In this document: positions 28,718-35,673 of the stretch, one piece after another
How the letters are laid out: each line of letters opens with the position of its first letter
Numbering within the stretch: position 1 is the first letter of the stretch
IMG/VR virus record: IMGVR_UViG_3300006925_000007
Coordinates: 48,242 to 112,241 of that record
Origin: a virus
Strand: one strand, 5' to 3'
DNA: 64,000 bases
The notes under the pieces: generated by a model
What the model saw: only the letters and a program-made list of their open reading frames with translations
Told to the model about the DNA's origin: nothing
The model's database searches: none
Translations under genes and position numbers: made by a program

Positions 28718-29161
28718 TTATTGATCAAGCATTATGCGTTTATAATACTCTGCAGGCCAACTATCGTAATAAGATGTTTTATGTAATGATGCTCTGCGTC
28801 TAAGTAACTCAGGTCTTATTTGAATTAAAATCAAATCATATATATTTTTAACAAAATGCCCAGAAGTTTTTGTGCTTTTAAAATACATCAAGTCTGGGTT
28901 AAGTTCTTTGATTGTAGTTAGATCAATAGTATCTAAATCTATTTCATCACCGAAGTAACATACACCTACCATTTTTATTCTAGGGTCAAACTCAAGCATA
29001 GCTTCAGGATTAGGACCACTGCAATCTATAAATTGTAGTTTATTTTGGACTCTGGCAGTCTTTGCATACGGACATACAGGATATCCATCATCTTTTAAGG
29101 GTTCAACTTTGGTTATCACCCATTCTAAGAAGTCTTTTTGGAATTGTTCAAATTTACTCAT
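28718..29161 (-). CDS. Hypothetical protein with CPYAK motif (DUF1415-like)
   Basis: 147 aa, W-x-...-PVCPYAK motif; convergent with the gp51-like ORF. Confidence 0.6.
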   Translation of the reverse strand: MSKFEQFQKDFLEWVITKVEPLKDDGYPVCPYAKTARVQNKLQFIDCSGPNPEAMLEFDPRIKMVGVCYFGDEIDLDTIDLTTIKELNPDLMYFKSTKTSGHFVKNIYDLILIQIRPELLRRRASLHKTSYYDSWPAEYYKRIMLDQ

Positions 29162-29196
29162 AGCTATTCATTATCCATTATGTTGTTGTTTATATC

Positions 29197-29239
29197 GATG
29201 TCTTACGACATCATCATTATCGTATTGCTAACGCAATAC
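29197..29239. other. Two perfect tetraloop hairpins
   Basis: GATGTC-ttac-GACATC (29197-29212) and GTATTGC-taac-GCAATAC (29222-29239); loops read GTAA and GTTA on minus. Confidence 0.8.
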
Positions 29240-29303
29240 TCAATGTATGTTTTTAACTCTATATTAATATCTATTAACAATAAGAACTAATTAACTACTA
29301 TGT

Positions 29304-29311
29304 TATTTATG
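29304..29311 (-). promoter_or_regulatory. Late promoter CATAAATA
   Basis: Motif in the AT-rich tract, pointing to the gene at 29161; could be chance in AT-rich DNA. Confidence 0.45.
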
Positions 29312-29337
29312 TTAGCTTATTTCCTAGATTTTTTATT

Positions 29338-29647
29338 CACACTTAGCTTGTTACAGCCAAGTGCAAAATATTCATTTCCCGTCAAGAATACCCACTCGTT
29401 ATAGTAAAACCTTATTAGCACAAGGTAGTGGCGGTTAAGCGATACCACTTTACATACTGCTTATTAACGCAGAAACACTCTAAGCCATAACGACGACTGT
29501 CGAGCTATCCGTAAGTTCCAATTGTCAGGAGAGCTTACTCATTTCGGTTTGTCAAACCAATGCATTGACAAGGCACACCAGTTCCAGACACTTATGTATC
29601 TTCAAGGTGAGTCGAGCTTATCCCGACCAATCGGAGCCATGTGAGCC
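29338..29647 (-). ncRNA. Putative large structured non-coding RNA (family not recognised)
   Basis: No ORF of 60 aa or more; visibly GC-richer than its flanks; about nine helices including a multibranch junction; five helices contain G-U pairs on minus that would be A-C mismatches on plus. Confidence 0.6.
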
Positions 29648-29680
29648 TGTGTTAGTTTTGTGTTAGTTTTGTGTTGGTAG
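29648..29680. repeat. 11-bp tandem repeat x3 (TGTGTTAGTTT, third copy degenerate)
   Basis: Units at 29648, 29659 and 29670. Confidence 0.85.
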
Positions 29681-29774
29681 ATATTAGCGTTGTAATAGTA
29701 ATTATGTGATACTTTAATTATCTGCTGATAATAACGTTAAAACGTTATTTCTTGTTATTAGCATAACATATGTG

Positions 29775-30227
29775 TTATAGCTTGTCGACCTTTTTTAAAT
29801 GTTCTGTGAGAATCTTTGAACTGCCAACTCTCACATTAATGATACCATTGTAGTATTCATCTGATTCTAAAACTTTACGATCAAATTGTTCTTTTGCTTC
29901 CAAATAACTTAGAACTCCTCTACTAGGACAATAATACAAAATTTCTCTTGTAAACTTATCTTCTCCTAGTTCAAGGACATCTGCATTTAAGTGATCTGAA
30001 GAACCCCAATAAGTTTTCCAATCACTTTCTTTAGTGCCACGTCTTTTGTTTTTTTTGCCTTTAAGAGGCGGTTTGGTTGTTTTAAACTTTGCCAGCTTCT
30101 TACCTATATATTTCCGGCCGTTGGTAGTATTTGTGATTAAATACACAAATCCTTCTGCCTCTGGAGGTATTTCATCAACTATTATATTGTTATGAGTCCA
30201 ATCGCTAGTTTTTCTTTTGCTTGTCAA
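29775..30227 (-). CDS. Stand-alone GIY-YIG (Seg-like) endonuclease
   Basis: GFVYLITNTTNGRKYIGKK, YWGSS, FTREIL, YLEAKEQ, YYN motifs; 150 aa with no appended DNA-binding domain. Confidence 0.85.
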   Translation of the reverse strand: MTSKRKTSDWTHNNIIVDEIPPEAEGFVYLITNTTNGRKYIGKKLAKFKTTKPPLKGKKNKRRGTKESDWKTYWGSSDHLNADVLELGEDKFTREILYYCPSRGVLSYLEAKEQFDRKVLESDEYYNGIINVRVGSSKILTEHLKKVDKL

Positions 30228-30348
30228 TGTTTGTTTCTTTTAATAGTTTTTGCAAAATGTCATGGCCAATTAAATTCTCATTAATTTTTATTGCAGGCCA
30301 AAATTCCCATTGCAACGGCAGTTTCTTTATTTCTGCGTGATCACGCAT
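30205..30348 (-). CDS. Small hypothetical protein (47 aa)
   Basis: Read manually: ATG overlaps the gp46 stop (ATGCGTGA) and gives MRDHAEIKKLPLQWEFWPAIKINENLIGHDILQKLLKETNIDKQKKN; fills the gap to the GIY-YIG gene. Confidence 0.5.
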   Translation of the reverse strand: MRDHAEIKKLPLQWEFWPAIKINENLIGHDILQKLLKETNIDKQKKN

Positions 30349-32116
30349 CAATAACTTCTAACTCTACGTTAAAAGTAGTGAAACCGTTTTCTTTAGTAAC
30401 TTGTAAAACATTATCAACTCTACCCACTAGTTCATCTCTATGACTAATAAGTAAAATGTTTTTATGTCTTTCTCGTTCCATCTTCTTTAATACACCTAAT
30501 GCACTTTCAACACCAATTGTATCCATTCCGCTGTCAACTAATTCGTCAATACAAATTAAGTTAATAGGATGATTCATACTTTCGAATACATCACGGAAGC
30601 TCCAACTGAGTCCAAGTATAAGTCGATTACGTTCACCACGTGATAAGTTATCAAAATCTAAGTCTTGTCCTAACTGTGTAATTGTTACAGTCAAGTCGCT
30701 TTGGAATTGCACTTCATGTGGTAAGCCTAAACGTGTAATATAATACTCTAATCGAGTATTTAAGAATTGTAAGTTTTGTTCAATAATTTTCTTACGAACA
30801 AAACTATCCTTGTTTGTAAGTAGCTTCAATAAAAAGTCTTGATGCTCCTTTAGTTCTGTAAGTCTATTTACCTCTGACCAGTCAACTTCCTGCAAACCAG
30901 TGTCTTTTAATGCGGTTATTTGTTCATCATATGGATTTTGCTCATCTTTAATGCGAACTAACTCTGTTTCAACTAATCCGAGTTTACCTTGATGTTCATA
31001 CGCTTCTTTAACACTATTGTAATGCATCGTGGGTGCTTTGTTAAGTGGTCCTATGTCATTTAATGCATTATTATACTCATTAATCTTAGTATTATAATCA
31101 TCTATATGCTCTTGGCTTTCTGTTACTGCCTCTGTTTTTTGCTTAACAAGTTCTTCATGTTTCTCATCATGTAGTTCTTGTCCACATGCATAACATTTAT
31201 GATCTAACGTATCATTAAGATCCTTTTGTGCTTTGTTTAAGCGTTTTTGTTCTCTATCGTTAGTGCTGGTTAGTCTTGCTATTTCGGCAGTTAACGTATC
31301 TATTTGTTGCTTCTGACTAGTAAATTCTTCATAGTCTGTGTGTGCTTTTAGTTCAACTTCAATATCAATATGTTGCAAGTTTAACAGCTCTGTTTCTAAG
31401 TCTTGCAAGTCTTTATCACGCTTTGATTCCCATACTGTTTGCCTGCGTTCTAAGTCTGATATACTTTTACCAATACGTTCGTTTGCTTCTTCTGTGCCAC
31501 GAATACGATATGTTTCTTCTGTTATTTTGTCTTTACTAATCTTTGTAAGTTCTTTTAGTATTTCTGCCTTTTCGCTAAGTTTAGTAATACCTAGTAACTG
31601 TTCAATCATATCACGTTGATCAGTTGCTCGCATACTAAGGAAAGGTTCTGTGTAAGTATTCAATGCAACAATGTGCTTAAACATTGTATGACCCATACCA
31701 ATTACACGTTCAATTACACGTTGACTTTCACGGCCTTCGCCTTGCATTTCATCAGTAATTTCTCCGTCACTGCCTGCGCCATTAACAAGGAATTTAAAAA
31801 TGTTTGGCTTACGCCCACGCTCTACACGATACTCAATTCCATTCATTTCAAAGTCAACAGTAACTAACATACCTTTGTTGTTTGTTTTATTAACTAAGTT
31901 ATCTTTCTTAATATTATATAATGCGTTGCCAAACAATGCATAACTTAATGCATTAATGATTGTTGTCTTACCTGTTCCGTTACGTGACCCATCGCCACCC
32001 AAGTCCATGTTGTTACCCAACACAAGTGTTAGTCCTGCATTATCAAAATGGACAGCCTGTGTGACATTGCCCACACTCATAAAATTTCTTACAGTGATAT
32101 TTTTAATTCTTAGCAT
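30341..32116 (-). CDS. gp46: Recombination endonuclease ATPase subunit (gp46/SbcC/Rad50-like)
   Basis: Walker A NGTGKTT, CYAC zinc hook, LSRGE signature, ICIDELVDSGMD Walker B/D-loop, ISH H-loop. Confidence 0.95.
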   Translation of the reverse strand: MLRIKNITVRNFMSVGNVTQAVHFDNAGLTLVLGNNMDLGGDGSRNGTGKTTIINALSYALFGNALYNIKKDNLVNKTNNKGMLVTVDFEMNGIEYRVERGRKPNIFKFLVNGAGSDGEITDEMQGEGRESQRVIERVIGMGHTMFKHIVALNTYTEPFLSMRATDQRDMIEQLLGITKLSEKAEILKELTKISKDKITEETYRIRGTEEANERIGKSISDLERRQTVWESKRDKDLQDLETELLNLQHIDIEVELKAHTDYEEFTSQKQQIDTLTAEIARLTSTNDREQKRLNKAQKDLNDTLDHKCYACGQELHDEKHEELVKQKTEAVTESQEHIDDYNTKINEYNNALNDIGPLNKAPTMHYNSVKEAYEHQGKLGLVETELVRIKDEQNPYDEQITALKDTGLQEVDWSEVNRLTELKEHQDFLLKLLTNKDSFVRKKIIEQNLQFLNTRLEYYITRLGLPHEVQFQSDLTVTITQLGQDLDFDNLSRGERNRLILGLSWSFRDVFESMNHPINLICIDELVDSGMDTIGVESALGVLKKMERERHKNILLISHRDELVGRVDNVLQVTKENGFTTFNVELEVIDA

Positions 32117-32122
32117 ATTATA

Positions 32123-33145
32123 TTAATTACTTAATCCTTGATAAATGTCAATCAACATTTGTTTCTTGATAGTTTCACTTTGCACAGATTCTAATTGCGA
32201 CAACACAATTGTATCTACATTTTCCACTTCGATATCAACACCTTGTTGCCAGTCGTTTGTGTGTTCTTCTTTTTTACTTGGTATCAAACTAATCTCACGT
32301 AAGTCATATTGTTTAGCAAATGTTTCTTTAATAAAGTTTGCTTCTTCATATGTAATACCTACATCAAGTGCCACACGAGCATATGTTTTGTCTGCTAGAT
32401 ATTTTTCTGGGCTATCAATAAGTTTGCTTAATGGCAGTGTGCGATACTTTGGTGCCTCTGGCCAAGGTAGATAATCTATCTTACCAGCCCAGTCTAAGAA
32501 CATACAACCTCTATCATCATCCCATGCATCACTAAAGTTATGTGGGAAGCAGTTGCCCGGATAAATTACATTACCACGTTCTTGTCGTTTGTGAAAGTGT
32601 CCACTAAAAACTTTTTCAGGGCCTCTTAGGTCTTCTGCTTTAAGTCCACCATGGTCTGGCATTTGAACTAATGCATTCATATAAAACTGTGGAAGTTCAA
32701 AATGTCCAAACATATATTTGCATTTTACTTCCTTTACTTTCTTCCATTCATCATCAACAAGCCAGGGGATAAAAGCAACATCATCTTCAATTAACATAGT
32801 ATCATTTACAATGCGTATGTTAGGATATTCCTTACCCATTGGGATACTATGTATCTCACGCTTTTCTCGATAATATAAATCGTGGTTGCCCATAATCATA
32901 ATAACCTCATCAAAGTTATCATTGAGTCTACGTAGATTACTTACTGTATAATTTAATGTGCTTACATTAATTGTTGCTCTGTGATGATGCCAATCTCCCA
33001 AAAAGAAACATTTTTTAATTCCTCTTTTGTGTGCTTCATCAATCATCCATATAATAAAATCTTCACAGTCTTGATTATGTAACCGTGAATTGTTTTTATT
33101 ACCTAAATGAATGTCAGTGAATATTACTGCTTTATCAAATAGCAT
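32123..33145 (-). CDS. gp47: Recombination endonuclease nuclease subunit (gp47/SbcD/Mre11-like)
   Basis: Metallophosphoesterase motifs DIHLG, GDWHH, GNHD, GHFE, SGHFH. Confidence 0.95.
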   Translation of the reverse strand: MLFDKAVIFTDIHLGNKNNSRLHNQDCEDFIIWMIDEAHKRGIKKCFFLGDWHHHRATINVSTLNYTVSNLRRLNDNFDEVIMIMGNHDLYYREKREIHSIPMGKEYPNIRIVNDTMLIEDDVAFIPWLVDDEWKKVKEVKCKYMFGHFELPQFYMNALVQMPDHGGLKAEDLRGPEKVFSGHFHKRQERGNVIYPGNCFPHNFSDAWDDDRGCMFLDWAGKIDYLPWPEAPKYRTLPLSKLIDSPEKYLADKTYARVALDVGITYEEANFIKETFAKQYDLREISLIPSKKEEHTNDWQQGVDIEVENVDTIVLSQLESVQSETIKKQMLIDIYQGLSN

Positions 33146-33163
33146 ACTTGGTGTTACCTCTTT

Positions 33164-34048
33164 TTATTTTTTAGCTGCGGCGTTTTCGGCGTTCATTTGC
33201 CTAATCTTCTCAATCTCTTTTTTCTCTTTGCCTTCCCATTCAGCATTAAATGTTCTAGTGTGACTTGGATTAAGACCTGCTTCTTCTAGTAAGTCGTCTC
33301 TAATATTTTGACTACGCTTTTCTAAATTCAATACTCTAGTAAAGCTATTGTTAATAGCCGCAGTGTAATACGCAAAAGGGTTTTGCGATTTAAACTCATT
33401 AAACTGTAATCCAATTTGACTAAGTTGAACTAATGCCTGCCCACGCATCTCATCTACATATGTGTAACCACGCCAGTTGCCTCGCATACTATAACGTTCA
33501 CATAGTTTAATATACATTCCGCCTAGTTGATTTGTTGTGCCACCGTGTGTAGTGTTAAAGTAACCATTATCTAATCCACCTTCCCAATGACTTCTAGCGA
33601 CTTCTTTGAGGTTTCCTTCTTGATAAGCATAATGCTTAAACGGAGGGAAGTTACATTTACTATGTAAGTCTGCCTCTGTTTTGGGTTTGTTTTTTCTATT
33701 CTCTAATGGAATGTGATCAAATGTCATTACACGAATAACAATATCTGTGTCTAGTATTGTGTCTACTTCAACTAAGAAATCTGCTACTCTTGGTTTAGTT
33801 TTCTTGCCTGTTAGTCCTTGCTCCCAACGTTTAACTTCGGCTTCATGTGCTTTCTTTTGTAAACGTGTTGCACGTGATTGTTTTGCTTCTGCTACAGCAT
33901 CCGGTGTAATATCTTCAAATGTTTCAACGATCAAATCATAATCTGCATACTGATCATCATTCACATAACAATAGGACATCTTAGATTTATGTATTTCTTT
34001 TAACAACTCTTTGTTTGTTAAGTAAAATTGTTTTGGTGCTCTTGCCAT
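33164..34048 (-). CDS. gp55: Late-transcription sigma factor (gp55-like)
   Basis: YLTNKELL, NWRGYTYVDEM, NPFAYYT...NSF...EK motifs; located upstream of gp47/gp46. Confidence 0.8.
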   Translation of the reverse strand: MARAPKQFYLTNKELLKEIHKSKMSYCYVNDDQYADYDLIVETFEDITPDAVAEAKQSRATRLQKKAHEAEVKRWEQGLTGKKTKPRVADFLVEVDTILDTDIVIRVMTFDHIPLENRKNKPKTEADLHSKCNFPPFKHYAYQEGNLKEVARSHWEGGLDNGYFNTTHGGTTNQLGGMYIKLCERYSMRGNWRGYTYVDEMRGQALVQLSQIGLQFNEFKSQNPFAYYTAAINNSFTRVLNLEKRSQNIRDDLLEEAGLNPSHTRTFNAEWEGKEKKEIEKIRQMNAENAAAKK

Positions 34049-34072
34049 AATTTTATTCCTCTGTTCTTAACT

Positions 34073-34100
34073 ATTATAACTGAATGCGTGTAAAAGTCAA
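34073..34100 (-). promoter_or_regulatory. sigma70-type promoter TTGACT-N16-TATAAT for the gp55-gp47-gp46 block
   Basis: -35 at 34100-34095, -10 at 34078-34073; GAGG RBS before the ATG at 34048. Confidence 0.75.
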
Positions 34101-34115
34101 CCGGTTTTTGCAAGT

Positions 34116-34123
34116 CATAAATA
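34116..34123 (+). promoter_or_regulatory. Late promoter CATAAATA
   Basis: Precedes GGAG and the ATG at 34140. Confidence 0.75.
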
Positions 34124-34139
34124 CTAATGGAGAATAGAC

Positions 34140-34748
34140 ATGATTATAAATGAAATTATACAAATTAGAGAAGACGTAGGTAGCATTGCAGTATTTTATG
34201 GTGGTCGTTTTCAACCTATGCACCAAGGACACCGAGATGTATATCAACATCTTGTAGGTAAGTTTGGTGCAGACAATGTATTTATCGCCACAACTTTTAG
34301 TCAAAAAGCTACAAAGGCCCATGCTGCAGGCAACTACAGTGATGATCCATTTACGTTTGATGAAAAGAAAAGTATCATGTCTACAATGTTTGGCATACCA
34401 GCAGATAAAATTGTAAACAGCAATCCATACAGAAGCGAACCGTCTACAGTAGGCAGAGATAATAATACAACAGGTATTGTATTAGTGTTTGGTGCCAAAG
34501 ATGCAGGACGCTTAGGTGGATCAGCAAATGTTCAAAAGCTGCCAGACAACCTAAAAGACATAAAGCCTCAAAGCGAAATGATATATTATTATGAAGCACC
34601 ACTAATGCAAGGTGGAATGAGTGCAAGTGAATTCCGTGCAGCAATGGCAAGTAATGCCACACCGGAAGCAAAACAAAAAGAATTTACAAAGTTCTTTGGA
34701 AAGTTTGATGAGAAAATATTTAGATTCATCGAAGAGAGGTTGACATAA
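34140..34748 (+). CDS. Cytidylyltransferase-like (HxGH nucleotidyltransferase) protein
   Basis: FYGGRFQPMHQGH, DPFTFDEK, GAKD and MSASEFR motifs. Confidence 0.8.
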   Translation: MIINEIIQIREDVGSIAVFYGGRFQPMHQGHRDVYQHLVGKFGADNVFIATTFSQKATKAHAAGNYSDDPFTFDEKKSIMSTMFGIPADKIVNSNPYRSEPSTVGRDNNTTGIVLVFGAKDAGRLGGSANVQKLPDNLKDIKPQSEMIYYYEAPLMQGGMSASEFRAAMASNATPEAKQKEFTKFFGKFDEKIFRFIEERLT

Positions 34749-35389
34749 TGAGTTTCAGATCAGGAATACAAAATAGTAGCAATGAAAATAAAAGCTCGGA
34801 TGTAACTGGTGTAGTTTCATTATTAGTAAGGCCCAATAATCCATTTACCTTAACAGAAACACTATCGCCTTTGGCTGCAGACCACGGATTGGTATTCCCT
34901 TACACACCAACTGTTATGGTAGGTCATAGTGCTACTTATGGAACATATGATATTACACATACAATATATCAGCCGCAGTATTATATTTCAACACCAAATC
35001 CTAGCATAAGTATTACAGCAAACTTTACAGCAAATAGTATTGCAGAAGCAAAACACACAGCGGCAGCAATACAATTTTTAAAAACATGCACTAAGTCAGA
35101 CTTTGGTGAAAGCAGACTTACAACAGCAGGCACACCACCTCCGATACTAAGCCTTAAAATCTATGGAGGATCAACGCTTAATGCTCAAAATACACCAGTA
35201 GTAGTCAGAAGTATGAACTATACAATGCCAGAAGATGTTAACTATGTTGAAACAGAATATGGGACAGTTCCTACAATGTTATTGATAGCATGTGAACTAT
35301 CAGTTCAACTTTCGCCGAAAACAGTTAGAAAAGGATTTGACATAGGTAAGTTTGCACAAGGTAATTCACTTGGCGGAGGATTTATCTAA
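34748..35389 (+). CDS. Baseplate/tail-tube initiator-like protein
   Basis: GLVFPYTP, GTPPPIL and PVVVRSMNYTMPEDVNY; located directly before the gp53-like gene. Confidence 0.55.
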   Translation: MSFRSGIQNSSNENKSSDVTGVVSLLVRPNNPFTLTETLSPLAADHGLVFPYTPTVMVGHSATYGTYDITHTIYQPQYYISTPNPSISITANFTANSIAEAKHTAAAIQFLKTCTKSDFGESRLTTAGTPPPILSLKIYGGSTLNAQNTPVVVRSMNYTMPEDVNYVETEYGTVPTMLLIACELSVQLSPKTVRKGFDIGKFAQGNSLGGGFI

Positions 35390-35673
35390 TGGTAGAATAT
35401 CGAAGAGATAGTTTATATAGACACACTGAGGTAGAGAATAAGCAGTATCTTAGCATATGGGAACCAACGGTTACTGAAATTTCATCACTTACTACTCAGC
35501 CATATACAATAGAAAACAAATATCATCAACGACCAGACACATTAGCAGACAAGCTATATGGTAACGCTAAACTTTGGTGGGTATTTGCAACAATAAATCA
35601 AGATATATTAAATGATCCTATTACTGATTTTGAAGCAGGATTAACTATTCAAGTTCCATTAAGGTTTACATAA
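35389..35673 (+). CDS. gp53: Baseplate wedge protein, LysM-like (gp53-like)
   Basis: RPDTLADKLYGNAKLWWVFA..N...DPITDF..G..IQVP. Confidence 0.8.
   Translation: MVEYRRDSLYRHTEVENKQYLSIWEPTVTEISSLTTQPYTIENKYHQRPDTLADKLYGNAKLWWVFATINQDILNDPITDFEAGLTIQVPLRFT

Noticed and set aside
29338-29647. tRNA, tmRNA, RNase P, hammerhead or group I/II intron identity for the structured element
   Set aside because: No cloverleaf with TTCG T-loop and CCA end, no GAGGAAAGTCC, no CTGATGA core, no GTGCG start, and it does not interrupt a gene. Judged by eye only; an Rfam search is still needed.
29775-30227. Intron-encoded or recently inserted mobile homing endonuclease
   Set aside because: Flanking genes are intact, there are no exon halves or target duplications, and no DNA-binding domain is appended; not called a mobile element.
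30205-30230. -1 frameshift (G AAA AAC) fusing the 47-aa ORF to GIY-YIG
   Set aside because: The GIY-YIG ORF is in the +1 frame relative to the small ORF, so a -1 slip would not join them.
30341-33145. Inteins or introns in gp46/gp47 (also checked in portal and capsid)
   Set aside because: Lengths and motif spacing look uninterrupted; no intein-like C...HN blocks seen.
34074-34322. 82-aa minus-strand ORF across the strand switch
   Set aside because: Overlaps the promoters and the cytidylyltransferase-like gene in antisense; no RBS.
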